DNA of 64,000 nt from Candidatus Omnitrophota bacterium (GTDB lineage Bacteria; Omnitrophota; Gorgyraeia; Duberdicusellales; 4484-171), in NCBI GenBank assembly GCA_043815185.1, contig JBDRJF010000024.1, positions 128,533 to 192,532 of the forward strand, written 5' to 3'. The notes below the pieces were generated by a model. It was not told where the DNA came from. It saw nothing but the letters and a program-made list of their open reading frames with translations, and did no database searches. A program made the position numbers and the translations under genes. Positions within the stretch are counted from its first letter, which is position 1; each line of letters begins with the position of its first letter. This document shows, in pieces, positions 19,231 to 29,381 of this stretch.

Positions 19231-20712
19231 TTATCTCCTAAACAACGATAAAATAAAGCCTAAGGAAACAAAAATTGAGATAAACTCTAATCTCCCGGCC
19301 CACATCTGAAAAATATAGACTAACTTTAAAGCTAAAGGCATTGCCGGATTAGTTATTCCCGCTGATAGCCCTACATTAGCAGTTGCCGAAACCGATTCAA
19401 ATAAGGCTTGAGATGCCGGGTAACCAAATCCCATAGCGACAATTGCTCCGGCTGCATAGGTAACGATAAAAATAAAAAAGAATAGATAAGCGTCTTTTAT
19501 CCGTTTATCCGAAAGGATCAGGCTTTGTAGATGATGAAACCTATCTTTATATACAGCCCTAAAAGGCAACATCCAACGCTTAATCTCCACGAAGAAAGTC
19601 TTAAAGACCAGCCCTACCCGCATCAGTTTTATACCTCCGGTTGTAGAACAGACGCCTCCGCCAATCATCATGGCAAAAATTACTGCTAGTAAACCTAAGG
19701 CCGGAAATTGATTTAACTCTCCAGCAGCCAAATTAGTAAAACCACAACCGCTGTGGGCGGAAATTAACTGGTAAAAACCTTTACGAAAAAGAGCCGGGCC
19801 TATTTTAGCTAAAGAGAAATAAAGAATAAGGCTAAGGGTACAGATAGTAAAGACAAAAGTCTTGATCTCAAAGTTTTTAAAGATTTCTTTTTTGCTCTTA
19901 TGCCAGAGCCAGAAGTGAAGATTAAAATTCATCGCTCCCAGAATCATAAAAACAATTGTAGCAATTTCTAAAGAGAAAGAGTGGTAATAAGCTATGTTTT
20001 GCGCTTGGGGAGCAAAACCTCCGGTGTCAAAAGAAGCAAAAAAGAGCCAAAGTGCATGGAAGAATGATTTCTCCCCGGATAATCCCAGGTTATAAAGGAT
20101 AACAACGAAGGTAACTACTCCTAAAACGAGATAGACAAAACTTACCTTCCAGATAAATCTTGCTGTGTCAATTACGTTGGGCAGAATCTTTTCCTGCCGA
20201 GCCTCCCCAATGTAGAATCCCAAAGCTACTGAACGGGCACGGGTTAAAATAGATAGGCTAGCTAAAATAATCCCCTGACCTCCGATAAACATTGTCAGGT
20301 GCCGCCACATATTATGGGCTAAAGAGAGGTGATCTAAATCCTGGATGAGGGTCAGGCCGGTAGTTGCAAATCCACTCATCGCCTCAAACCAAGCATCAAC
20401 GAAAGAAGCAAAGTGCGAAGAAAGATAAAGCGGTATGGCCCCCAACAATGAGAACACCAACCAGCCTAAACTAACAGTAAAGAAAGCATGAATCCAGCCT
20501 ACTTCCTTTTTTACCGGAAAGGCAATCAAAAGCAACAACCCTAAGGAAGCAGTAAAGGTGGAGCCGATTATAAAGTCAAGCAGCGGGGAAAACTCACCTT
20601 TAACCAAGGCTACCAGAAGAGGGATAAGCATAAAGAGGCTTAAACCTAAAATAAGCCTCCCTAAAATATTAAAAATTGTGGAAAAATCTCTTCTATCCGG
20701 GGAAATAATCAT
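19231..20712 (-). CDS. trkH: TrkH-family potassium uptake membrane protein
   Basis: 493 aa, polytopic, with repeated pore-loop-like GFATTG / TGGF / GCGF / NVGLS motifs. It lies next to the trkA genes. Confidence 0.85.
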   Translation of the reverse strand: MIISPDRRDFSTIFNILGRLILGLSLFMLIPLLVALVKGEFSPLLDFIIGSTFTASLGLLLLIAFPVKKEVGWIHAFFTVSLGWLVFSLLGAIPLYLSSHFASFVDAWFEAMSGFATTGLTLIQDLDHLSLAHNMWRHLTMFIGGQGIILASLSILTRARSVALGFYIGEARQEKILPNVIDTARFIWKVSFVYLVLGVVTFVVILYNLGLSGEKSFFHALWLFFASFDTGGFAPQAQNIAYYHSFSLEIATIVFMILGAMNFNLHFWLWHKSKKEIFKNFEIKTFVFTICTLSLILYFSLAKIGPALFRKGFYQLISAHSGCGFTNLAAGELNQFPALGLLAVIFAMMIGGGVCSTTGGIKLMRVGLVFKTFFVEIKRWMLPFRAVYKDRFHHLQSLILSDKRIKDAYLFFFIFIVTYAAGAIVAMGFGYPASQALFESVSATANVGLSAGITNPAMPLALKLVYIFQMWAGRLEFISIFVSLGFILSLFRR

Positions 20713-20943
20713 AGCCTATAAAGTAAATCAAAAAAGGGCTCGGAACTGTTAAAAGATTAAAGAAAGACAATACCCTAAACCGAGTATAAAAAAACACAAA
20801 AGAATTTCGATTATAATCCCGGTTACTACCCGCATTGATTTTGCATTTCTTTTATTACTTAAAGAATTAAAGCAAAAAACTAAAAATTAAATTTATTGAA
20901 AACTTAAAGTTTTGGGTTTTTAGTTTGACGCTTTTAGCTTTTT

Positions 20944-21609
20944 CTATATCTTCCCGATTAGTGCTTTAATTAATTTATTTTCTGTATCAATCAAAGCAGC
21001 AGCAATGATCTCATCGCCGGGTAATATCACTGTTGCACCAGAAGGAATGATTATATCCGGACCTCTTAGAATAGAGACTAGAACTGAATTTCGCGGGAGA
21101 GTAATATCTTTTAAGGCTTTATTGGCAATTGGTGAGGTTTGAGGAATATCTACCCGCACAATCGATAATCTCCCCTTCTGAATACTCAAAAGACTCATCA
21201 CGTCAGTGAAAGAAGCTTCCTCTTCTACAATCCGGGCAATTATCGAAGTAGAATCTACGGGGTTATCCACCTCCATGTATTTATAAAGAGGCACATGTTT
21301 AGGGTCATTAACCCTGGCCACAGTCCTTTTTACTCCAAACAACTCCTTGGCTAGATAACAGATAATAGTATTATCCTCGTCATTCGAAGTGGCGCTCACG
21401 CAGACATTAGCCTTTTCTATTTTAGCTTGTTGTAAAATATCCGGATAGGTAGCGTCCCCACCGATGATCATAACCCCCTGCAGTTCACCAGCTAATTTAT
21501 CACAAAGATTTTCGTTCTTATCGATAAGGCAAACCTGGTGATTGTCGTCTTTTAATTTTTTACCCAAAATTAAACCTAATCTGCCGGCACCAGCTATGAC
21601 AATATACAT
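20944..21609 (-). CDS. trkA: TrkA potassium uptake regulator (TrkA-N + TrkA-C)
   Basis: 221 aa with the N-terminal Rossmann motif MYIVIAGAGRLG. Confidence 0.8.
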   Translation of the reverse strand: MYIVIAGAGRLGLILGKKLKDDNHQVCLIDKNENLCDKLAGELQGVMIIGGDATYPDILQQAKIEKANVCVSATSNDEDNTIICYLAKELFGVKRTVARVNDPKHVPLYKYMEVDNPVDSTSIIARIVEEEASFTDVMSLLSIQKGRLSIVRVDIPQTSPIANKALKDITLPRNSVLVSILRGPDIIIPSGATVILPGDEIIAAALIDTENKLIKALIGKI

Positions 21610-21992
21610 TTCTTTAATACCTCAACAATTAAATAAGTACGGTTAACGATAGTTAGGCCCTCTTCTTTAAATACCTTCTTCTTCATGGCATCATTTACTT
21701 GCAGGATGACTTTCTTAATGCCATACTTTCTCTTTATGACTTTACCAACAACTAAGTTGATGTTGTCATTACCGGTAAGCAGGTATACGGCGTCGGCATC
21801 CTTTATCCCGGCCTTTTCTAAGGTACTTATGTCTAAAACATCAGCCCAAATCTTCTTCCCGTTAAAACCATCCCCTAGGGAGTCGAGATTCTTTAAGCTC
21901 TTATCTACCACCACCACGTTCTCGACCTTAGAAAGTTCGTAGGCTAAATTCTCACCGGTCTTACCGCAACCAATTATAACTATATACCGCAT
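21594..21992 (-). CDS. TrkA-N (RCK N-terminal) domain protein
   Basis: 132 aa with the motif MRYIVIIGCGKTG. Confidence 0.7.
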   Translation of the reverse strand: MRYIVIIGCGKTGENLAYELSKVENVVVVDKSLKNLDSLGDGFNGKKIWADVLDISTLEKAGIKDADAVYLLTGNDNINLVVGKVIKRKYGIKKVILQVNDAMKKKVFKEEGLTIVNRTYLIVEVLKKCILS

Positions 21993-22333
21993 TATTTTAC
22001 TGCCTCTACAATTTTTACAAACACCTCCGGATGTTCCGCAGCCAGTTTAGCTAAGATATCCCGGGAAAGAGGGATTTTCTTCTTGGCTAAAGCATGGATA
22101 AATCCCCGATAAGAGATACCGGTACCTTCTAAGGCTGCATTGATGCGCGTAATCCAGAGTGAACGAAATTCTCGTTTTTTTGTTCGTCTATGCCGATAAG
22201 CAAAGGCATAGGCGCGTCTTAGTGTCTCAATAGCTCTACGATATTTTGTAGAACGCTCTCCCCAATATCCTTTAGCTGCTTTTAAAACTTTTTTCTTCCT
22301 CTTACGGGAAGCAACGGAACTCTTAACTTTCAT
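21992..22333 (-). CDS. rplT: 50S ribosomal protein L20
   Basis: 113 aa reading RKRKKKVLKAAKGYWGERS..AYRHRR. Confidence 0.95.
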   Translation of the reverse strand: MKVKSSVASRKRKKKVLKAAKGYWGERSTKYRRAIETLRRAYAFAYRHRRTKKREFRSLWITRINAALEGTGISYRGFIHALAKKKIPLSRDILAKLAAEHPEVFVKIVEAVK

Positions 22334-22479
22334 TTTTTACCTCCAGTAGTCTTTCATCCCATCTTTGCTTGCTCTTCTTGCGAAAACTTATTTTGCATAT
22401 TAATAACGATAATGGATGCAATGCGGCTTTTCCAGCCGCTCCGCCTGCGGCGGAGATTGTATACAGCTTAGTCTCCTTT

Positions 22480-22680
22480 CTAGGCAGAGTAGGGTAGGGC
22501 TCTTTTGAGCACCCCGCTGTCTGCTTTTGACATTACAGCTTTACGCCTTAGTTTTCTCTTGCGTTTTTTAGATTTACCGCTTAAGAGATGGCGCCGGCCG
22601 GCCTTAGACCTTAAGCCTTTCTTCTTCTTGGTAATTTTTACTCTTTTGGCTACCGATTTTCTAGTTTTTAGTTTTGGCAT
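22480..22680 (-). CDS. rpmI: 50S ribosomal protein L35
   Basis: 66 aa reading MPKLKTRKSVAKRVKITKKKK. Confidence 0.95.
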   Translation of the reverse strand: MPKLKTRKSVAKRVKITKKKKGLRSKAGRRHLLSGKSKKRKRKLRRKAVMSKADSGVLKRALPYSA

Positions 22681-22740
22681 TAGTACTCCCTCTTTGTCTC
22701 TGTTCCTATTATATGCGAAATTAAAAGATATGGTAGCTGT

Positions 22741-23244
22741 TTATTTGGGGCTTAAAATTAAAACTAAAGTCTTACCCAGCATGTGCGGCTCCCGGTCTAC
22801 ACGGCCTACGCTCTCTATGTCTTTAAGCAGTTTATCGATTACTCTGTTCCCGATCTCCTTATGGGTGATCTCCCGGCCTTTAAACCACATCCTTACCCTT
22901 ACTTTATGTTTCCGCTCTAAAAATTCTTTTATATGTTTAAGCTTAACTTCATAATCATGAATGCCGATGCGCGGCCTTATTCTAACTTCTTTAATTTGAG
23001 CTTGTTTCTGATGCTTCTTAACTTCTTTTTCTCTTTTTTCCTGTTCGTATCTATATTTCGAAAAATCAATTATTCGACAAACCGGAGGTTTTGCTTGAGG
23101 AGCAACCTCTACCAAGTCTAAATCGACGTCCGCAGCCTTCTCAAATGCAATGTCGCGAGGAAAAACACCTAATTGTTCACCATCAGGACCAACTACCCTC
23201 AATGTTTTGGCAAAAATTTTCTCATTTACCCTCACGTACTTCAC
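22741..23244 (-). CDS. infC: Translation initiation factor IF-3
   Basis: 167 aa with VRVNEKI..LRVVGPDGEQLG and PPVCRIIDFSKYRYE. The true start may be a non-ATG codon, as is usual for infC. Confidence 0.9.
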   Translation of the reverse strand: MKYVRVNEKIFAKTLRVVGPDGEQLGVFPRDIAFEKAADVDLDLVEVAPQAKPPVCRIIDFSKYRYEQEKREKEVKKHQKQAQIKEVRIRPRIGIHDYEVKLKHIKEFLERKHKVRVRMWFKGREITHKEIGNRVIDKLLKDIESVGRVDREPHMLGKTLVLILSPK

Positions 23245-24952
23245 TTAGATTTTCCTCCTTTTTTAAAATATCCACTAAATCTTTTACCCCCATGCTACCT
23301 AAATTCTTCATCCCTCTGGCCCGAAGAGACACTTGACCATCCTGCATCTCTTTCTTGCCGACAATCACCATATAAGGAATCTTGATCAATTCTTTTTCTC
23401 TGATCTTCCTCTGTAAGGTCTCATCCCGTAGATCCGCCTCGGCCCTGAATCCTTTACCTTCCAAGGATTCCTTTATCTTCAAAGCATAATCTTTAGCTTC
23501 GGCAGTTACATTTAAGACACTCACTTGCATCGGAGCAAGCCAAAAGGGAAATTTACCGGCATAGTGTTCAATCAAGGTAGCAATGAACCGCTCAAAGCTG
23601 CCTAGGATTACCCGGTGAATCATAACCACTCGCAGATTCTCACCGGAAGTGGCCCGATAAGTTAAATCAAAGCGTTTAGGAATATTATAATCTAACTGCA
23701 CTGTAGCGCACTGCCATTGACGGCCAATAGCATCGCAGAGTTTAATATCAATCTTGGGCCCGTAGAAAGCACCGTCACCGGCATTTATCTTATAATTAAA
23801 GCCTTTTTTGTTTAAGACCTTTTCTAATATCGCCTGGGAATTCTCCCAATCCTCGGCCTCGCCGATAAACTTATTCGGCCGGGTGCTTAACTCAGCAATA
23901 AAATTAGTAAACCCAAATTTGGCCATAGCCACTTTTACAAATTCTAAAACGCCTTCTATCTCACTATAAAGATCCTCCTGGCGACAGAAAATATGAGCAT
24001 CATCCTGAGTAAAACCTCTTACCCTTAATAAACCATGCAAGACCCCGCTCTTCTCATAGCGGTAAACCGTACCTAATTCAAATAAACGCAGGGGTAAATC
24101 CCGCCAACTGCGCAGCTGGGACTTATAAATAAGTATATGCCCGGGGCAATTCATCGGCTTTAAAATAAACTCCTGGTTATCTTTTAGGATCGAATAGATA
24201 TAATCTTGGTAATACTCTAAGTGGCCGCTCTTCTCCCATAACTTCTTATCCATAATATGGGGGGTCTCGACCATCTTATACCCTCTCTTTAAGTGTTCTC
24301 TTATCTCCCAATCTTCGATTATTCTCTTTAAGACTGCCCCTTTGGGCAGATAAAAAACTAATCCGGCACCGGCTTGATTGTGGTAAATATCCACCAACTC
24401 CAGCTCTTTACCTAACTTACGGTGGTCTCTTTTTTTGGCTTCTTCTAAATTATTAAGATAAGTTTTGAGCTCATTCCTGGTAGGAAAAACTGTCCCGTAT
24501 ATCCGCAGCAGCTGGGGATTGCCTTCTTCTCCCTTCCAATAAGCCCCAGACATTGAGAGTAACTTAAACTGCTTTACCTCACCAGTTGATTTAACGTGCG
24601 GCCCCTTACATAAATCAGCAAAGTCGCCGTGTTTATAGATCGAAACCTTATCAGTAGCTAAACCTTTTATTAACTCTACTTTGTATTTCTCCCCTTTTTG
24701 ACCAAAGAACTTTATTGCTTCTTTTGTATTCAACTCTTCACAAATAAAAGGATGATTCGCATTGACCTCCTCCTTCATATTCTTTTCAATCTTGGATAAA
24801 TCCGCCTCAGATATCCCACCTGGTATATCAAAATCATAGTAAAAACCGTTTTCAATGGCCGGTCCAATACCTAACTTAGCCTGAGGATAGAGCTTTTTTA
24901 CCACGCTAGCTAAGATGTGGGAACAAGAGTGCCTTAAAGCATTTACATCCAT
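23222..24952 (-). CDS. thrS: Threonine--tRNA ligase (no N-terminal TGS domain)
   Basis: 576 aa. It starts at the editing-domain motif RHSCSHILASVVKKLYP..GPAIENGFYYDFD, followed by class II core motifs. Confidence 0.95.
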   Translation of the reverse strand: MDVNALRHSCSHILASVVKKLYPQAKLGIGPAIENGFYYDFDIPGGISEADLSKIEKNMKEEVNANHPFICEELNTKEAIKFFGQKGEKYKVELIKGLATDKVSIYKHGDFADLCKGPHVKSTGEVKQFKLLSMSGAYWKGEEGNPQLLRIYGTVFPTRNELKTYLNNLEEAKKRDHRKLGKELELVDIYHNQAGAGLVFYLPKGAVLKRIIEDWEIREHLKRGYKMVETPHIMDKKLWEKSGHLEYYQDYIYSILKDNQEFILKPMNCPGHILIYKSQLRSWRDLPLRLFELGTVYRYEKSGVLHGLLRVRGFTQDDAHIFCRQEDLYSEIEGVLEFVKVAMAKFGFTNFIAELSTRPNKFIGEAEDWENSQAILEKVLNKKGFNYKINAGDGAFYGPKIDIKLCDAIGRQWQCATVQLDYNIPKRFDLTYRATSGENLRVVMIHRVILGSFERFIATLIEHYAGKFPFWLAPMQVSVLNVTAEAKDYALKIKESLEGKGFRAEADLRDETLQRKIREKELIKIPYMVIVGKKEMQDGQVSLRARGMKNLGSMGVKDLVDILKKEENLSEVREGK

Positions 24953-24988
24953 GTTTTTCTTCTATGTTTTAGCTTTCAGCTTTATTTT

Positions 24989-25065
24989 TGGTGGGCGATA
25001 CAGGAGTCGAACCTGTGACCTTCTGAATGTAAGTCAGACGCGCTAACCAGCTGCGCCAATCGCCC
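24989..25065 (-). tRNA. tRNA-Val (anticodon TAC), CCA encoded
   Basis: Reverse complement folds as gggcgat tg gcgc agctggtta gcgc g tctga ctTACat tcaga aggtc acagg ttcgact cctgt atcgccc a cca. Confidence 0.92.
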
Positions 25066-25132
25066 GATAATTATACCGCTAAATAATACCAAAATCTTGA
25101 AAAAAAGCAAGTAACTTTAACGCTTAAACCTA

Positions 25133-25579
25133 CTATACCGTAGGTAAAGCCATCATACAAAAAGCCATCACAAAAAGAGCAACTGTCTCGATAATACCTA
25201 AGACCATTATATATTGGCCAAATCCTTTACCGGTCTCAGCTAAGGCATCAGCAGCGCTGGCCCCGGCTTTACCCTGCATCCAGGCCGAAGCACCCATGGC
25301 TAAACCAGCAGCTAAACCAAGGATCATCTGATACAAGTAAGTTTGAGGGTCAGCCGGCAAATTAGCCTCAATTATCTTACCCCTTAAAATCATCCCGTAA
25401 ATTGTCTGGGTTAACGGGGCTCCTACAAAAGCAATTAATGCAAAGGGTGCGGCCTTGTTCTGAGCAAAAGCCTTCTTCCAGGCCCCTACTGCAGCCATTC
25501 CGGCAACGCCTGTTCCCAAAGCTGAACCAATTGCCGCAAAAGTTAAAGACAAACTCATATCACCAAAACCTTGAACCAT
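25133..25579 (-). CDS. ntpK: V-type ATPase proteolipid subunit K
   Basis: Glycine/alanine-rich 4-TM proteolipid. The start at MVQGFG (ATG 25579) is preceded by GAGGAGG; the ORF-track start at 25594 is less likely. Confidence 0.8.
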   Translation of the reverse strand: MVQGFGDMSLSLTFAAIGSALGTGVAGMAAVGAWKKAFAQNKAAPFALIAFVGAPLTQTIYGMILRGKIIEANLPADPQTYLYQMILGLAAGLAMGASAWMQGKAGASAADALAETGKGFGQYIMVLGIIETVALFVMAFCMMALPTV

Positions 25580-25685
25580 AACACACCTCCTCAATGATCC
25601 GCCTTAGGCGGAGAATTGATCCCGACGAGCGTTGAAAAATTATGGAACAGAATTTTTCAACATATTCTGCGAGTCGGGATATATT

Positions 25686-27458
25686 TTATTCTCTAAATGG
25701 TTTATATTCAATACCTGACCATTGCATATCCAGATGACCGGAAAACTCTAACATATTAAGCCGTATGCCATGAACCACTACAGCCATTAAGGCTAAGAGT
25801 ATATTCAAGCTATGGCCTAAGAATAATATAAAAGCGGCCATCAAGCCGGTTAAGATACTATTACTGCCTGAGGATAAAGCCATGTTATTAAAAGCTGTTG
25901 CTACTGCTACTGTAGCATACCCGACAGCGAATAAACGCAAGTAAGAAACCACGTCCGAAAAAGACCCGATAACTTTTAGCGGCAGATCAGCTAAAGAGAG
26001 CAAAGCCCCTTTCAATATATTTTTTTTAGGATAAGCGAATAGAATAACTAAACTTGAGCCCAAGATAAATAAGCCTAAAGTAAAATCAGGAGCAGCTCTG
26101 TTTAAAACTAACTTCCCGGCAACAAAAAATACACTCCAAATAATACTGACCCAACCCAGCTGAGCTAAGGCCAGACGGGAATTAATAAAACGGAAGGCTC
26201 TTATTCCGTGCGCTATAGTCAAATGAATGGCTCCGATAAAAAAACATAGATAGATCATAAAAATCTGGTTGGATCCGATAAAACTATTCACCCTATCTAT
26301 TACTAAAGAATTTAAGACCGGCAGTTGAGCTATTTTTTCGAAGCCAAACCAGGTGCCGGTAACTACTCCCCATATAACAGTTGCTCCGCTCAAGAGATAG
26401 CTTAAGAAAAAAATGTCCTTTTTAGCTCTTTTAAACTTTTGCTGAAGAAAAAAGGTTACAGCTAAGAACAATAAACCATAACCGGCATCACCGATAAGCA
26501 TGGCAAAAAATATACTGAAAAAAATAAGAAACCAGAAACTAATATCATATTCGTTATATCCGGGGAGGGTGCCCATGAATTTAAATATTGGTCTTATAAT
26601 CTCAACCCAACCAGGATTACGAATCAGTGTGGGTACCTCATCAGTATCACCGGGATCCTCGACCACTGTCGCCCAACCCTGCTCCTTGGCAACTTTGTTA
26701 ATTTCTGAAATTGACTCCCGGGGACAGAAACCCTGCAGGCAGTAAATATCTTCCTGATGAGCCATACCAAAACGAACCTGATTAAATTCTAAACGTTTGA
26801 GGACTTCATCTTTAGCTTGGATAAAATATTTTGTATAGCCGGCAGCATCGGCTAATTCCTGATTAATTTCTTCTAATTCTCTTTGGGCAGCGGCTATCTT
26901 CTTCTCTAAAAAATAAGGGTTCTCATGGGGAACTTCTACTTCAGTTAAATTTAAAGATTCTTGTTCATTCCTAAAAAAGGCAGCCAGATAAACCTTGTTC
27001 CGTTCTTTTTTTAAAACATAGATTAAACTATCTTTAGGAAGTTTCTTTAGGTAGCGCCTGTCTCCGAGATAAAGTTTTATAAATACGCCTGAGGCCTTTA
27101 ACTCAGCCAAGGAGTGTGCGGATATCTTACCCCATTGTTTAAACCAAATAAGTTTAGCAGCAAGCTCCTTAAGCTTAACGTTCAGCTCCTGTTTCTTTCG
27201 GTCTAAAATAATTATTTCTTTGGTATAAAAGGAAATTTGCTCCTTATCTAAGCCTTTACTCACAGTTTTTGATTCCCCGAGAAGGTTTATGGCCTGATTA
27301 AATAACTGCAATTTATGCTCACAGGCGTCGATTGCATCAGCAGCCGGCTGACGCAAGTGCTTAATATGTATCAACCCTAATTTTCTCAACTGGGCCAAAG
27401 CACTGTTTACCTGCTTCCCCGAAACCAATAAGGCCATTTTTTTCATCTTAACTATCAT
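25686..27458 (-). CDS. ntpI: V-type ATPase subunit I (a-subunit)
   Basis: 590 aa with a soluble coiled N-terminal half and a polytopic C-terminal half. Operon position fits. Confidence 0.8.
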   Translation of the reverse strand: MIVKMKKMALLVSGKQVNSALAQLRKLGLIHIKHLRQPAADAIDACEHKLQLFNQAINLLGESKTVSKGLDKEQISFYTKEIIILDRKKQELNVKLKELAAKLIWFKQWGKISAHSLAELKASGVFIKLYLGDRRYLKKLPKDSLIYVLKKERNKVYLAAFFRNEQESLNLTEVEVPHENPYFLEKKIAAAQRELEEINQELADAAGYTKYFIQAKDEVLKRLEFNQVRFGMAHQEDIYCLQGFCPRESISEINKVAKEQGWATVVEDPGDTDEVPTLIRNPGWVEIIRPIFKFMGTLPGYNEYDISFWFLIFFSIFFAMLIGDAGYGLLFLAVTFFLQQKFKRAKKDIFFLSYLLSGATVIWGVVTGTWFGFEKIAQLPVLNSLVIDRVNSFIGSNQIFMIYLCFFIGAIHLTIAHGIRAFRFINSRLALAQLGWVSIIWSVFFVAGKLVLNRAAPDFTLGLFILGSSLVILFAYPKKNILKGALLSLADLPLKVIGSFSDVVSYLRLFAVGYATVAVATAFNNMALSSGSNSILTGLMAAFILFLGHSLNILLALMAVVVHGIRLNMLEFSGHLDMQWSGIEYKPFRE

Positions 27459-28066
27459 GTCCTGGCCGCTTCTCTTCTCCGTTCAATCTTAAGCTTGGCT
27501 ATCTTCCCTCTTACAACTTCTGCGGTCTGAAGCTCACCGATATATATCCGGATAACCCGAATGGTTTCTTGAGCTTGAGGAATTTTTACTTTCTCAAAAA
27601 GATTAACTCTCTGGGTTGCTATTCTTAACTCCTCTTTTAAAATGTCCGCTTGTTGATGGAGTACTGATAATTGTGCCTTAAAGGTTAACATCTCTTTTCT
27701 CACCTCAATAGCTTTGTCCGCCCAAAGGGGGGTAAGTAATAGGTCATAGGGTTTTTGTTTAAATTCAAGGCTTGAGAAGATCGGTAGCTCTATCCCGGCA
27801 ACATTGCCCGAAGAAATCTTGATGCTAACCAGGCTGCAAAACTGCTCCAGAGGCACCTCTTCAGCAAATAGGTCGACCCATTTTAAAACCTTAGCCCTTA
27901 AGTTTTCAGCTTGAAAAGAGACTTCTTGAATGGCTTGATGAACTCTCAGTATTTCTAACTGCAGCTGCTTCTTTTTCAGTTGCAGCATCGGCAGGTAGCG
28001 TTGGTAGCGCTTAAGATCTTCTTTTTGCTTTTTAAGTTCGTTTTTGGTTAATTTGATTTTAGCCAT
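27455..28066 (-). CDS. ntpD: V-type ATPase subunit D
   Basis: 203 aa reading [28 protein letters not shown], with long coiled coils. Confidence 0.8.
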   Translation of the reverse strand: MAKIKLTKNELKKQKEDLKRYQRYLPMLQLKKKQLQLEILRVHQAIQEVSFQAENLRAKVLKWVDLFAEEVPLEQFCSLVSIKISSGNVAGIELPIFSSLEFKQKPYDLLLTPLWADKAIEVRKEMLTFKAQLSVLHQQADILKEELRIATQRVNLFEKVKIPQAQETIRVIRIYIGELQTAEVVRGKIAKLKIERRREAART

Positions 28067-29366
28067 CTAAGACTTCTTGGGGCCAGAATTCTTTTATTAG
28101 GTCTGTGCGGAAGCTGGTCTCCTGGGGAGAAAAACAACGCGCAATGATCTTCCATCCTTTATCAAGCGCATCTTCTAAAGAAATCTTGACTGATAAATCC
28201 ATCATCTCAGCTTCAAAGAGTTTTCCGTACTTTAATAATTTCTTATCCCAGCCACTCATCCGAAATCCCATTGCTCTTTTTTCTTCACTCTCTTTGTATT
28301 GAGCATAAAGCTGAATCATCCCATCCATAATAGCCCGGTGGTCTTTGCGGGTCTTATCATTTACCTGCTGTTTTAAGCGGCTTAAGGAACCAAACGGTTC
28401 GATTCTGCCTCCTCTTAAATAAAATTGTCCCTCGGTAATGTAGCCGGTATTATCCGGTACCGGATGGGTAACATCATCACCAGGCATAGTGGTTACGGCC
28501 AGTATGGTAATCGAGCCGGCGCCTTCAAAATCAACTGCTCGCTCATAACGCTTGGCCAACTGACTATACAAATCACCGGGGTAACCCCGGTTAGAAGGAA
28601 CTCTTTCCATAGTTATTGAAATCTCCTTTAAGGCATCGGAAAAATTAGTCATGTCGGTAAGCAAGACCAAAACATCTTTTCCGCCTAAAGCAAACTCCCC
28701 AGCCACAGCCAGGCATAAATCAGGAACCATCAACCCTTCCACTATCGGGTCAGAGGCAGTATGCACGAAAAAGATTGATTTGCTTAAAGCCCCACCCTCC
28801 TCCAAAGTATCTTTAAAGTATAAATACTGATCATGCTTAAGACCTATTCCGCCTAAAACAATCATATCTACCTCAGCCTGTAAAGCTATCCGAGCCAGTA
28901 ACTCATTGTAGGGCTCACCGGATACGGAAAATATCGGTAGCTTCTGCGAAACAACTAAAGAGTTGAAGACGTCAATCATCGGTATATTAGTCCTGATCAT
29001 CCGCTCAGGAATGATTCTTTTAGCCGGATTAACCGTCGGTCCGTTGATCTCAATTAAATTTTCAACCAGGTTTGGCCCTTTATCCCGAGGCTGACCGCTT
29101 CCATCAAAAATTCTCCCCAAAATATTGTCAGAAAAAGCAACCCTCATCGGATGGCCTAAGAATCTCACCTGATCATTAGTAGAAATACCTCTGCTGCCGG
29201 AGAAAACCTGCAGCGATACAACGTCATCTTCCAGCTTAATAACCTGGGCTAAAGACTTACCCCGTGAGGTTCGCACCTCAGCCAGTTCTTCATAAGCCAC
29301 GTCTTTGGCTTTTACCGTAATAACATTGCCGACAATACTAATAATCTTACTGTGAACTTTTCGCAT
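28059..29366 (-). CDS. ntpB: V-type ATPase subunit B
   Basis: 435 aa with [15 protein letters not shown] and [23 protein letters not shown]. Confidence 0.9.
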   Translation of the reverse strand: MRKVHSKIISIVGNVITVKAKDVAYEELAEVRTSRGKSLAQVIKLEDDVVSLQVFSGSRGISTNDQVRFLGHPMRVAFSDNILGRIFDGSGQPRDKGPNLVENLIEINGPTVNPAKRIIPERMIRTNIPMIDVFNSLVVSQKLPIFSVSGEPYNELLARIALQAEVDMIVLGGIGLKHDQYLYFKDTLEEGGALSKSIFFVHTASDPIVEGLMVPDLCLAVAGEFALGGKDVLVLLTDMTNFSDALKEISITMERVPSNRGYPGDLYSQLAKRYERAVDFEGAGSITILAVTTMPGDDVTHPVPDNTGYITEGQFYLRGGRIEPFGSLSRLKQQVNDKTRKDHRAIMDGMIQLYAQYKESEEKRAMGFRMSGWDKKLLKYGKLFEAEMMDLSVKISLEDALDKGWKIIARCFSPQETSFRTDLIKEFWPQEVLDG

Positions 29367-29381
29367 TAGCTCTCTTATAAC

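Noticed and set aside
20713-20943. A cyclic-di-AMP (ydaO-type) riboswitch in the trkA-trkH spacer.
   Set aside because: I could not find the conserved ACGGGGA/pseudo-two-fold core elements by eye. It cannot be excluded without a covariance-model scan.
24953-25132. A T-box or other leader upstream of thrS, and a near-leaderless promoter for tRNA-Val(TAC).
   Set aside because: The 36 nt between the tRNA and thrS are too short for a T-box. A TATAAT sits only 4 nt before the tRNA 5' end, but other tRNAs in the window have -10 elements 14-46 nt upstream, so there is no consistent leaderless-tRNA pattern.
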